From IMG/VR virus record IMGVR_UViG_3300020044_010107, positions 1 to 47,596 of that record: 47,596 bases of DNA; one strand, written 5' to 3'. Origin of the DNA: a virus (lineage: Duplodnaviria; Caudoviricetes). Position numbers and translations under genes: made by a program. Under the pieces are notes generated by a model that had not been told where the DNA came from, made no database searches, and saw nothing but the letters and a program-made list of their open reading frames with translations. Positions 38,492 to 46,917 of the stretch are shown one piece after another (position 1 is the stretch's first letter; the number at the start of each line of letters is the position of its first letter).

Positions 38492-39038
38492 CCTCGTCTG
38501 AGAAGTTTACAATTACTGAAACGGGTTTTGGCTCTTCTGGCTGTGCAGCATACCCAAGCATCTTGTTGATTTCCTGTATTGCTGCAATCTTGCTGTGCAT
38601 TTTGATCTTTCTCGTCACTCGCTTAGTACTCGTCACATTCTCCTTGTCTGATCCTCGCTTCTCGCTGATCACAATATTCACATTGGTCATTTCAGAAATA
38701 GCCGCTTTCGTGTCGTCATCAATCTCATCCCAGTCTTTTTCATTGTCCCAGTCTTTTTTGATGTCCGAAACATTTGAATAGGCTATTTTTGCAAGCTCTC
38801 TGAGGTTTCGCAAAGCAGAGATTCCAGCCGCTTCTGCCAGGTTGTCCTTCAAGTGTTGGATATATGCCTTGATTTCAGGTTTTCTCAAGTTTTCAAATCC
38901 AATAGAATAGGCTGTTTTTTGGCTATACCCAGCGGATATTGCCGCTTTCGTCGCATTCCAGTGCGTACAGTACTCTACACAAAAAAGCCTCTGCTTTTCG
39001 CTCAGATCGTCAAATTGGCCTTTCTGATCTTCTGCCAC
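38478..39038 (-). CDS. terS: Terminase small subunit
   Basis: LSEKQRLFCVEY...NATKAAISAGYSQKTAYSIGFENLRKPEI. Confidence 0.93.
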   Translation of the reverse strand: MAEDQKGQFDDLSEKQRLFCVEYCTHWNATKAAISAGYSQKTAYSIGFENLRKPEIKAYIQHLKDNLAEAAGISALRNLRELAKIAYSNVSDIKKDWDNEKDWDEIDDDTKAAISEMTNVNIVISEKRGSDKENVTSTKRVTRKIKMHSKIAAIQEINKMLGYAAQPEEPKPVSVIVNFSDEDDSE

Positions 39039-39054
39039 ACTACATGTTTTATAG

Positions 39055-39062
39055 CAAAAATA
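39055..39062 (-). promoter_or_regulatory. -7 promoter element TATTTTTG upstream of terS
   Basis: TAnnTTTG consensus. Confidence 0.55.
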
Positions 39063-39096
39063 CTCAAAAAATACATCAAATCGTATAATTTACATA

Positions 39097-39131
39097 AAAA
39101 GATAAGGGGTAACCGACTAAACGATCACCCC
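39097..39131 (-). terminator. Intrinsic terminator after the tRNA-like RNA
   Basis: GGGGTGATCG-TTTAGT-CGGTTACCCC-TTATCTTTTT. Confidence 0.7.
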
Positions 39132-39171
39132 CCCCCAAAAAAAAATCAATGAAACTTTATGAAACAAACTG

Positions 39172-39242
39172 CTGTCCAGGTTGGACTCGAACCAACAACA
39201 CTGACAAAAATTGCCTTGCTCCACCAATTGAGCTACTGGACA
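39172..39242 (-). tRNA. tRNA-like element / pseudo-tRNA with a non-canonical anticodon arm
   Basis: Acceptor TGTCCAG/CTGGACA, D arm GCTC-AATTGGTG-GAGC, T arm GTTGG-TTCGAGT-CCAAC; only 21 nt between the D and T arms; no encoded CCA. Confidence 0.75.
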
Positions 39243-39264
39243 AACCAAACAAACATCAACACAC

Positions 39265-39960
39265 TTACACCTCAATGCAGAAAAATCCTTTTGGTTTCAT
39301 GACTATTTCAATACAGTCGGAAATAACCTCCTGCTTTATCTTTTCTGCAAACTCTTCTGCTTCGATGGATTCCAAGGTGATTGATACCCCGTTGTCTCGG
39401 ACATCCACGTAAATGTCAGTCAGGAACTCCACCGGAGGTTGGCCCTTTACAATCTCCATTTTCAAGGTGATTGTTTCAGGTAGGTTAGAAGAAACAACCT
39501 TTTCGACTGCGTTCTTGTATTGCCCGGCCCGTTTATCTTCAACTTTTTCAAGCTGCTTTTCGACATTGGCTTTGAACTTCTTCAATTCAGCTACCAGCTT
39601 TGCACCTTCAGCCTGATCGGTGAAGATTCGGCGGTTCTTGCGTAGTAGGTCACCCAATTGGGTTGGGTCGCTGTGGGTTCGGAGGATACTTTCAAAGTCT
39701 TTGGAGATCATTAGTTGCCCCCGGACGGTGTACTGAGTTGGATTCCCTTCGCTATGAATCAATACTACCAATCCTTCGTTTATCGAATACTCAACCCGGG
39801 TAATTTCAGCAATCGGATTGCGAGTCTCCACGTAATTCTTCACCGACTCAACGGTGCCAGAAACGGAGATAGGTTTTGGGTTGAATGGTTCCGGTGCCGA
39901 TCCTGTTCGGATGATTAGCTCATTACCTTCCAAATGGATGTTTTGAATTGTTGGTGTCAT
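39265..39960 (-). CDS. Hypothetical phage protein
   Basis: 231 aa ORF coupled to the upstream gene. Confidence 0.7.
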   Translation of the reverse strand: MTPTIQNIHLEGNELIIRTGSAPEPFNPKPISVSGTVESVKNYVETRNPIAEITRVEYSINEGLVVLIHSEGNPTQYTVRGQLMISKDFESILRTHSDPTQLGDLLRKNRRIFTDQAEGAKLVAELKKFKANVEKQLEKVEDKRAGQYKNAVEKVVSSNLPETITLKMEIVKGQPPVEFLTDIYVDVRDNGVSITLESIEAEEFAEKIKQEVISDCIEIVMKPKGFFCIEV

Positions 39961-40385
39961 TAGTATTCTGCACTTTCACGTTGGTTGGAAAATATGGTTT
40001 TTTGCTTGGTTCTCAATGGCCGTTCTTCGACCAAATATCCTTTTTCGTTGTAGACTTCAGTTACTCTTCCTTCGTGGTTGTCCATCAGGTAGACGGTACC
40101 ACTTTCATGGATTCTACCTTGGCGCAAGGTTTTGATGTCAAGGGCAATTTGTTTTTTAAGCGGGTTGATTCTCCCGTCAAATTCCTCTTTGATCACCTTG
40201 AATTCATCGGCCAGGGCATCGACCTTTTTCGATAGTTCAATGTACCGAGCTTCAAGCTCTGCACGCTCGGCCATTGTCATCTCCCGGATGTAGTGGTAGT
40301 CTTCAACTACCTTATCCGCATTGGCCTCCAGGTGATCAATCAAAGTCTTTGGATCATCCTGGTATTCAACAAAAATCCTTTTCAT
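39960..40385 (-). CDS. Hypothetical coiled-coil phage protein
   Basis: 141 aa ORF. Confidence 0.7.
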   Translation of the reverse strand: MKRIFVEYQDDPKTLIDHLEANADKVVEDYHYIREMTMAERAELEARYIELSKKVDALADEFKVIKEEFDGRINPLKKQIALDIKTLRQGRIHESGTVYLMDNHEGRVTEVYNEKGYLVEERPLRTKQKTIFSNQRESAEY

Positions 40386-40888
40386 TCTTCTACAAGTTTA
40401 GGTTTAATGAATTGGTTTGCTTTTTTAAGTTCAGCCCATTCTTCGCGGTCTGGGCACCCCGTTTCTCCATATGCTCCACGTTCGGTTAGATCAGCTATGA
40501 CCTGCTCTTCAAATACTTGGTAAAATTCCTGATCTTCAAGTTCGGTCGTTGTAGCTGGTATGCTGTATGTCTCCCCTGTTTCGCTGTCCACCATTTCAAC
40601 CCGGCAGTACAGCATCTTCATGCAGAGGTGTAATTCTTCCACGGTTTCAATGCTGCGGGGTATTCCTCCACGGACAATCTGGAACCGATGGGAGACATAC
40701 GCAAGAGCCAAGCCGTACACACAATCAAACAGGTATTTGTACCTGCCGGGCGTGTATTGGCGTTGGGTCATTCGGATATTCCAGCGGCCACCTTTTGCCC
40801 GGGCCTTATCAAAGGATTCCTTTAGGATTTCCTGAGAAAAAGGATGGAGCGGGCCGTGTGGCTTTTCAAATTGGATGATGAGTTCCAT
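40382..40888 (-). CDS. NinB-like recombination accessory protein (putative)
   Basis: RYKYLFDCVY...ELHLCMK...TTTELEDQEF pattern; recombination module context. Confidence 0.45.
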   Translation of the reverse strand: MELIIQFEKPHGPLHPFSQEILKESFDKARAKGGRWNIRMTQRQYTPGRYKYLFDCVYGLALAYVSHRFQIVRGGIPRSIETVEELHLCMKMLYCRVEMVDSETGETYSIPATTTELEDQEFYQVFEEQVIADLTERGAYGETGCPDREEWAELKKANQFIKPKLVEE

Positions 40889-40897
40889 GTTCGGTCG

Positions 40898-41362
40898 TTA
40901 CTCTGTAATCAAATCGGGCCTTTCGTAAATATTGCCCACAACCACATACCCCCAGCTCTTTTCTTCGATGTCACACCAATGTGATTTGTCGTGCTTCTTG
41001 TGCCCTAAGTATCTGATGTTTGAAGCATCAAAAGACATGTAGTTGTTTCTGGCTTTGAATTCCCCATCGTGAAACACAACAGGTAGATTATACGTGCGAT
41101 ATTCAGCCCTTTCCCTTTCTGCCTGCTCGTCAATCCCAACCTTGTCTTGTAGGTTCTTCCACCACCGGATATTGATTTTGTAGTGATTGATTTCGAGAAT
41201 ATCCCCTTCCCAAATCTCTACGCCATTGCCGTCAGTCAGCCCGGTAAATTGAGATATTTCCACAATTCTATTGCTTGGAAATTTTAAGCAGTCAACTATA
41301 AAGCTTGTAGACCACATCTTTTCTTCAACATCATAAACCCTGAATTTTATTTCCCTTTTCAT
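40898..41362 (-). CDS. YopX-family protein
   Basis: MKREIKFRVYD...QFTGLTDGNGVEIWEGDIL...VVGNIYERPDL. Confidence 0.9.
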   Translation of the reverse strand: MKREIKFRVYDVEEKMWSTSFIVDCLKFPSNRIVEISQFTGLTDGNGVEIWEGDILEINHYKINIRWWKNLQDKVGIDEQAERERAEYRTYNLPVVFHDGEFKARNNYMSFDASNIRYLGHKKHDKSHWCDIEEKSWGYVVVGNIYERPDLITE

Positions 41363-41370
41363 TGCTATGG

Positions 41371-42339
41371 TTATTGCATGTGGTGAATCCCGTCACTATC
41401 CCCCCAAAAGTCATGGGAACGGAACCAGCAGCCGGGTAAGATTTCAGACATAGATACCATTGAGTTGAATTCCTTCATGTAGGTTTCAAGATCGTTCCAG
41501 GCACCTTCAATTGCTCTTTCGCTATGCTCGATGATGCTCACTCCGCCGTTACGGTCGTAGCAGATGTTTATGAATGGCACATCAAGCCCAGGGCCTTTGG
41601 TGTAGATTGCACCCTGGCCACTGTAAAATTCACTTCTTATCGTCCATTGCGCGGCCCGTGGTGTGGCATCAACCATCAGTTTCATGTCGACCACAAGTCC
41701 GTTTTTGTAACGGTACCCGGCATAATCCAAGGTGAGGTCAGTTTTCCCCCTCCAGTTCCAACCCCATTTGTGGAACTCCACATTGGATTGGGCGCTTTCG
41801 GGTGTCCGGTATTTGATGATGTCGTGGACGTACTCGTTTTTGAGTACCCGGTTACTGATGTACTGTGCTTGCTGGAAATCGGTGCTACTGATGATTGTTT
41901 TGGTTTTTGACAATGTTTCCAGTCCAGCTTCTACAATCTTCTTTTGTTGAGGCATTTTCAAACCCTGTAACATGCCAGGATCAAAGTCGGGAACCATTTT
42001 ACCCAACCATTGAGCATAGGAGTCGATCCCAGCCAGTGAATTAAGGGCCGCGTCGTCAGGGATGATTGCAAATCTGTCGGATAGTTCAGGAGTTAGAATT
42101 AGTACGTCGATGGCATCGCCCAGGGTCATGGCCTTGGTAGCTTCAAACTTTTTCAGTTTGTACTTCATGAACCCGTATGGGGTGCCCCCGGTAACCGGAA
42201 TGAAATTCTTTATACTAGAGAATGACAGGTGTGTTTGTCGAGTCCTCATCATCGTGACGAAGTTCTCAAACTCGGAGGGCTGAATTTTATCAGCCTCTCC
42301 TTGTTCTTGGATCAGTTCTAAGTCAAAGCTAGTCAGCAT
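41371..42339 (-). CDS. PD-(D/E)XK exonuclease (RecE/DUF3799-like)
   Basis: LSFSSIK, AMTLGDAID, RGKTD...VVDMK, Y.GQGAIY. Confidence 0.75.
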   Translation of the reverse strand: MLTSFDLELIQEQGEADKIQPSEFENFVTMMRTRQTHLSFSSIKNFIPVTGGTPYGFMKYKLKKFEATKAMTLGDAIDVLILTPELSDRFAIIPDDAALNSLAGIDSYAQWLGKMVPDFDPGMLQGLKMPQQKKIVEAGLETLSKTKTIISSTDFQQAQYISNRVLKNEYVHDIIKYRTPESAQSNVEFHKWGWNWRGKTDLTLDYAGYRYKNGLVVDMKLMVDATPRAAQWTIRSEFYSGQGAIYTKGPGLDVPFINICYDRNGGVSIIEHSERAIEGAWNDLETYMKEFNSMVSMSEILPGCWFRSHDFWGDSDGIHHMQ

Positions 42340-43027
42340 AAACCTTGTTTTCCTCTGCCAACAAAACCTTTTTACGGTCGACAAACATCTGTACAATCTC
42401 TTCGTACTTACCAAACTGCGCCTTGTTTTTTTCAAAGTATTTCTGTAAATCCAGTACGGTTTTGATGTGCGTGAATTCTGCTTGGATTGCTTCTTTCAAC
42501 TCAGCAAGCGGTTCAAATCCTTCCATGTATGAGCCTTTCTCAAAAACTGCTGCTTCTTTTCGGTTAAGGTTCTTCCCAAAAATCACCCCTAGTTTTTCGG
42601 CTGCATCCTTAATAGCGTAGGATTCGGCTGCTGGAAGTGCTTTCATAACTGCGTCTGACTTGATCTTTGAAAGATCAGCGGCACTTGCCCCTTTGTCGGT
42701 TTGGATTGCAACAGCTCCAAGCCCATCTTGGAAATTCCATTCTCCAGTGACCGGGTTTTTGTAATGCAGCCGAATGTGAACTGAAACGGATTGAAAAAGC
42801 TGTTGATAATTGACTACCTCAACTTTCCATTGCTGGAAAATCCTAGTGAGGAGGAATTCAACTTTATCAATCGGAAGGTATTTTACACCTGCTGCCATTG
42901 GGTGATCCTTTACCCACTTTTCTGGCACGGGTTGGTTCAGGAGGATATTTAAAGCGTCTGACTTGAACGCCTCTTCTGGTGCAAGGTGTAATTCCTGAAG
43001 CGTTGGCAAGGTGGTTTTTACTGACAT
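42329..43027 (-). CDS. Single-strand annealing protein (Rad52/Sak-like)
   Basis: YLPIDKVEFLLTRIF...DGLGA...AESYAIKDAAEKLG.IFGKNLNRK; paired with the exonuclease. Confidence 0.7.
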   Translation of the reverse strand: MSVKTTLPTLQELHLAPEEAFKSDALNILLNQPVPEKWVKDHPMAAGVKYLPIDKVEFLLTRIFQQWKVEVVNYQQLFQSVSVHIRLHYKNPVTGEWNFQDGLGAVAIQTDKGASAADLSKIKSDAVMKALPAAESYAIKDAAEKLGVIFGKNLNRKEAAVFEKGSYMEGFEPLAELKEAIQAEFTHIKTVLDLQKYFEKNKAQFGKYEEIVQMFVDRKKVLLAEENKVYAD

Positions 43028-43039
43028 GAGATTATGGTT

Positions 43040-43417
43040 TTAGAATGGTAATTCACAAATGAGGTTCCGGTAATCCTGATCATTGTAGGCAGCCAAAATG
43101 ACTGCCTCAAAATCTTTTTTGCGAAGTGAGTTGATCCGATCTTCAATCTTGACTTTCACCTCAAAATCCTGATCACCTTGGAATTGGATTTCGTAAACAA
43201 AATGATTGCCGTATAGGTCGGTTGCAAATGACTCGTAGGTGTATTTTCCTGCTGCCTTCAAAAGATCAAGGACATCAATTGCCCGAATCTCCAGGTAGAG
43301 CTGATCACCTGTTTTTTTGAAGTCAATGCCCACAAAAGGTTCGTTGTTGATTTCTATAATGTCGAAAGAAAGGAATTCGACTGGATTGGATTGAATGAGT
43401 TGAGTAGTTGCTGTCAT
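43040..43417 (-). CDS. Hypothetical protein, first gene of the recombination operon
   Basis: ORF downstream of an AT-rich regulatory region; ends ELPF. Confidence 0.6.
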   Translation of the reverse strand: MTATTQLIQSNPVEFLSFDIIEINNEPFVGIDFKKTGDQLYLEIRAIDVLDLLKAAGKYTYESFATDLYGNHFVYEIQFQGDQDFEVKVKIEDRINSLRKKDFEAVILAAYNDQDYRNLICELPF

Positions 43418-43644
43418 TGTTGTTTCATTGATTTGATATGCATTTGATACAAAATAATGAATAAAATGCATAGTTCAAAATAAAAAAAGAGATTGTTCAC
43501 TCTGTCGTCAAAATACATTGTATTCGTTTTATTGAATAAAATGCATTTATTTAACGATTCAAAAATATTAATATTATTCAGTAAATCCAAATCAAATCTA
43601 TTGAATTTTGTTTTTCATAGACGAAATACCATTTTTTACCGACG

Positions 43645-43674
43645 AAAAAAGGGAATGGTACTTTTACCACTCCC
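43645..43674 (-). terminator. Intrinsic terminator
   Basis: GGGAGTGGTA-AAAG-TACCATTCCC-TTTTTT. Confidence 0.8.
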
Positions 43675-43710
43675 TCTACATGATGGAAAACTTACTGATA
43701 TGCTCTATTC

Positions 43711-44310
43711 TTAGTACAAATACTCTATTGATTTAATCAAGACTGGTACTTCTTCTGATCTATTCTCGATCTTGATACCGTTGGTTAAAGAAGAGTAGTT
43801 TATCTGTCCCGAAAAATAAGATTCAATATCCGGCCTAAAGCTATCCGAATAATCAAAAAGCTTGGAGTTTGAATGTCCTTCCCTTTTTGGTTTTTGACTA
43901 AAATCAGTTTCGATTGCACCAGCTAAAATACTTTCGTCACCAACTCCAACAAACCATTCTGTGCCTCCAGATGGGCAAAAATCATTACGAACCCTATTTG
44001 CTTTAAATTTCTTGTGTAGGTGCGATTCAATGACAGCATAAAATGGGGTATAAAAAAGATAGTCAATGAAAATTGGGTATGGGCATCTTCGACAAATGGC
44101 AGTGTACCTTGAGATTGGATTATCTGAAATACCAATCTTTTTAACTGGGTGTCTGTACCCAGGGAAGTACCCGCAAAGAATATACAGATACCCTCTTCTT
44201 TTAGACCTTGCGACAACAGGTGTTTCAATTACCTGGCATTCAAGGTTGTTGTGCCTGGCAAGCAATCCGCTTTCCTCAAGGTCTTTAAATACCAAATATT
44301 CACGCTTCAT
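43711..44310 (-). CDS. T5orf172 / GIY-YIG-like domain protein
   Basis: GYLYIL...KIGISDNPISR...IESHLHKKF...GGTEWF. Confidence 0.8.
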   Translation of the reverse strand: MKREYLVFKDLEESGLLARHNNLECQVIETPVVARSKRRGYLYILCGYFPGYRHPVKKIGISDNPISRYTAICRRCPYPIFIDYLFYTPFYAVIESHLHKKFKANRVRNDFCPSGGTEWFVGVGDESILAGAIETDFSQKPKREGHSNSKLFDYSDSFRPDIESYFSGQINYSSLTNGIKIENRSEEVPVLIKSIEYLY

Positions 44311-45043
44311 TTTTCAGATTTAAAACTGAGATAATTTTGTCATAAAGCACCTGTGCATTCTTCACTGTGCCCCCTTCTTTGTCGTGCCTGTGGTAGTAGA
44401 TCAAAACATCTTTGAATTCAGGCATCTTGTCATCTAGCTCCTTCCATGCACTAAAATAGGCGCAAAGGTTTCGGAACCCAATTGAAGAAAAAATTCTTTT
44501 GTCCTGGCCGGATGCCCAAACATCACCATCAAGAACATTTCTAAAGTATTTTCTACAAAGTGACTTTACTTGCCCACGGTTGTATGTCGCTTCATCACCA
44601 TTAGCAAGAATCACTTTTATCAGGTCGGAGTAATCGGTGACATCCGGTGCCTTTACAGTCTTTACACTTGGCTGCACTCTTGGATGTGCTGCGGTATAAG
44701 TTGTATTGAACCCCCCCTTCTTTTCAAATGAAACATTATCGTTTAGGTCGTTTGGGATTTGATCGAACGCCTTTGCGCTTTGCTCCTGATCGATTACTTG
44801 CGATTGAACATCCTTTTCTTGCTGCAAAGTCTGCTCTTCTGGCCGTGGCCGTTGGTTTGCTTGTTGCAGCTCTGCTTCGCTTTTTTTTTGAGTGTTTCGG
44901 GCCAAAAGTTCATTTTTCAACCCCTCTACAATGTCTTCGTAAATTGCTTTTTGCCCAGGCGAATCAGTTTCTTTCGCAGCCTTGGTATATCTCTCGATAT
45001 TTGTATTTAATTCAGAAATCGAAAGCTTTGATAGTTTGCTCAT
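44300..45043 (-). CDS. Hypothetical protein (N-terminal helical hairpin, low-complexity linker, globular C-terminus)
   Basis: 247 aa ORF overlapping both neighbours. Confidence 0.7.
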   Translation of the reverse strand: MSKLSKLSISELNTNIERYTKAAKETDSPGQKAIYEDIVEGLKNELLARNTQKKSEAELQQANQRPRPEEQTLQQEKDVQSQVIDQEQSAKAFDQIPNDLNDNVSFEKKGGFNTTYTAAHPRVQPSVKTVKAPDVTDYSDLIKVILANGDEATYNRGQVKSLCRKYFRNVLDGDVWASGQDKRIFSSIGFRNLCAYFSAWKELDDKMPEFKDVLIYYHRHDKEGGTVKNAQVLYDKIISVLNLKNEA

Positions 45044-45249
45044 GCAATAAGCTGTTTTGCGTCTACAAGTAGACTTAGTTCATAGTTGATTTTATCAATA
45101 AGCATTGGTTCATCTGTCAACTCCAGTGCCGCATCAAGTAGTAGTATTTCATACTCAATGCGCTCTAACAAATCATTGTCCGGTTCCGTTACAGTTGCCA
45201 CGGGCGCAGGCGGGGCAAGGGGCTGGACTGCCCCCACCCCATTTAAAAA
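45040..45249 (-). CDS. Probable -1 frameshift extension of the upstream membrane protein
   Basis: Lies in the -1 frame across T_TTT_TAA; Pro-rich linker then acidic helices. Confidence 0.6.
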   Translation of the reverse strand, partial: FLNGVGAVQPLAPPAPVATVTEPDNDLLERIEYEILLLDAALELTDEPMLIDKINYELSLLVDAKQLIA

Positions 45250-46055
45250 GGAGACGTAACCCCTAATCCTTTCGCCTCTTTTTTTATCCCATCATCGTAT
45301 ATCCCTATGAAGATGATACAGAACAAAATGATTGCCTCGGAAATACCAGCAAAGCCTTGGGCGTAACTTTGGTTGTCAATCGTTGCCCCTTTGTAATCTT
45401 CAATTAATTCGCTGTTTACAGCATTGGCCTTAGTGATTTCCTGGCTGCGCTCTGCTTCAATCCCTTCGATGATTTTGTTTACCCGATCCAATGACCTTAC
45501 ACTAGCTGGATTCATTACCCCCTTCCATGTGTTGTGGCGTAGCGAGTTTGCTTGTGCCTGATATGGAGCTATCCTTGCATCGTACTTCATATTGATGCTG
45601 TCGAGCGAAACAGTTGCAACTACATTTGATTGATCCGCTTTCCTCCAATCGCCAGATATTTTACTTGCACCACTGACTGATAAGAAGATTGAAATACCAA
45701 GTGCTAAAATCCCCCAAATAGCCTTTACGAAAAAAGCGAACAGCTCCGCACCCCCCTTGGTAAATACGTTGGCTTGCAAGTCGTCAACAGCAAACTTCAA
45801 AAGGTACTTACTGGACTCCAAGATAATAACCAATACGATGGTGATCAACCATGCGAACGTGCCACTTGCGAAGGTTTCAAAAGCCCGGCTATAAATATGC
45901 CCGCCCTCGGTTACCGCTGAAAAGATTGTGGCAGTTGGGTAGATAAAGTACGCAACCAGAACCCAAACCCAGAAATTACGACGAATAAAGCTTTTGTCTT
46001 TTCCAGCCTTTTTTGCAGCTTTATTCAACTCATTGTTTAAAATCTCATTGTTCAT
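45243..46055 (-). CDS. Multi-pass membrane protein with a coiled-coil loop
   Basis: Three N-terminal TM segments, a coiled coil (YDARIAPYQAQANSL) and a C-terminal TM. Confidence 0.8.
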   Translation of the reverse strand: MNNEILNNELNKAAKKAGKDKSFIRRNFWVWVLVAYFIYPTATIFSAVTEGGHIYSRAFETFASGTFAWLITIVLVIILESSKYLLKFAVDDLQANVFTKGGAELFAFFVKAIWGILALGISIFLSVSGASKISGDWRKADQSNVVATVSLDSINMKYDARIAPYQAQANSLRHNTWKGVMNPASVRSLDRVNKIIEGIEAERSQEITKANAVNSELIEDYKGATIDNQSYAQGFAGISEAIILFCIIFIGIYDDGIKKEAKGLGVTSPF

Positions 46056-46097
46056 TTTTCTTGCCCTGTTTTGAATGTTTTCCAGATGTTTTCCAAT

Positions 46098-46148
46098 TAG
46101 AAAGTAGTTAGAACCATCCTGGAAATATGTTAGAAAATCGTTAGAACC
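46098..46148. repeat. Paired direct repeats TTAGAA-N4-GTTAGAACC x2
   Basis: ttagaaagtagttagaacc and ttagaaaatcgttagaacc upstream of the cassette. Confidence 0.55.
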
Positions 46149-46154
46149 TACCTA

Positions 46155-46186
46155 AAAAAATCCGAAGGCTCGAAAGCCCCCGGATA
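46155..46186 (-). terminator. Intrinsic terminator
   Basis: ATCCGGGGGC-TTTCGA-GCCTTCGGAT-TTTTTT. Confidence 0.8.
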
Positions 46187-46203
46187 AAACACCTAAAACC
46201 CAT

Positions 46204-46254
46204 ATTCTCATGAACCAAACATTCTCATGAACCAAACATTCTCCTGAACCAATC
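46204..46254. repeat. Three tandem 17-bp repeats
   Basis: ATTCTCATGAACCAAAC x2 plus ATTCTCCTGAACCAATC. Confidence 0.9.
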
Positions 46255-46467
46255 CATAAACCTTTCCGTAACCTCTCCATATTCGTCAAACTCCCTTACG
46301 TTGTCCACCCAGTATTCGTAACATCGAAACGTGGGCATCCCTTGAGGGCTTTTGAATTTAGAAACGTCAACACCTGGAAGGTTCGGTGGAGTATGGGTGA
46401 CGGGCCTTCGCTCAACGTTCTGAGTCGAAGATTTGCCCGTTACCCAGTTTATTATCTGTCCTACCAT
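46225..46467 (-). CDS. Small hypothetical protein
   Basis: 80 aa ORF ending inside the tandem repeat. Confidence 0.5.
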   Translation of the reverse strand: MVGQIINWVTGKSSTQNVERRPVTHTPPNLPGVDVSKFKSPQGMPTFRCYEYWVDNVREFDEYGEVTERFMDWFRRMFGS

Positions 46468-46906
46468 GCAGGTAATCTTTTATTTCGTTCTGAGCTTGTT
46501 CCAAAGTGCGGCACAAAACATACTTGTACCCGAAACTTTCCACCTTGGCTTGAAAATCCTTTTGAGTCTTTTGCTGCTTTCCGGTTCCTTGTTTCATCTC
46601 AATGCAAAGCCCGTGGTATCCACCAGCAGCGAAGAAAAGAAACAGGTCAGAGGCACCCGGTACAGCTCCTTCTTTTTCAAGGATCATCCAGCGGCGGGCA
46701 CGTTTCACTTTATCTCCTTCCAAAACGGCGCCATTCACTGAAGATACCATCAAGAGGGTAGGGTATTCACTCCTGAACCATCCGACAAACTGAGCTTGTA
46801 GAATTCCCTCCCTTTGGACGGATGTTCTTTTTGCTTTTTGTGGCTGCTGCGGCACAATGCCAAGGTAAGCGGCCCACGATTGTCTATCTTTTGACATCTT
46901 TACCAA
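46412..46906 (-). CDS. VRR-NUC domain nuclease
   Basis: EGILQ...EGAVPGASDL...LCIEMK...QQKTQKDF. Confidence 0.88.
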   Translation of the reverse strand: MVKMSKDRQSWAAYLGIVPQQPQKAKRTSVQREGILQAQFVGWFRSEYPTLLMVSSVNGAVLEGDKVKRARRWMILEKEGAVPGASDLFLFFAAGGYHGLCIEMKQGTGKQQKTQKDFQAKVESFGYKYVLCRTLEQAQNEIKDYLHGRTDNKLGNGQIFDSER

Positions 46907-46917
46907 ATTTATGCACT

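Noticed and set aside
39128-39145. C9-A9 homopolymer as a phase-variation site
   Set aside because: Intergenic and part of the terminator stem; no frame or promoter spacer is evidently affected.
46204-46254. Mini CRISPR array
   Set aside because: The 17-bp units are contiguous with no spacers, and there are no cas genes.
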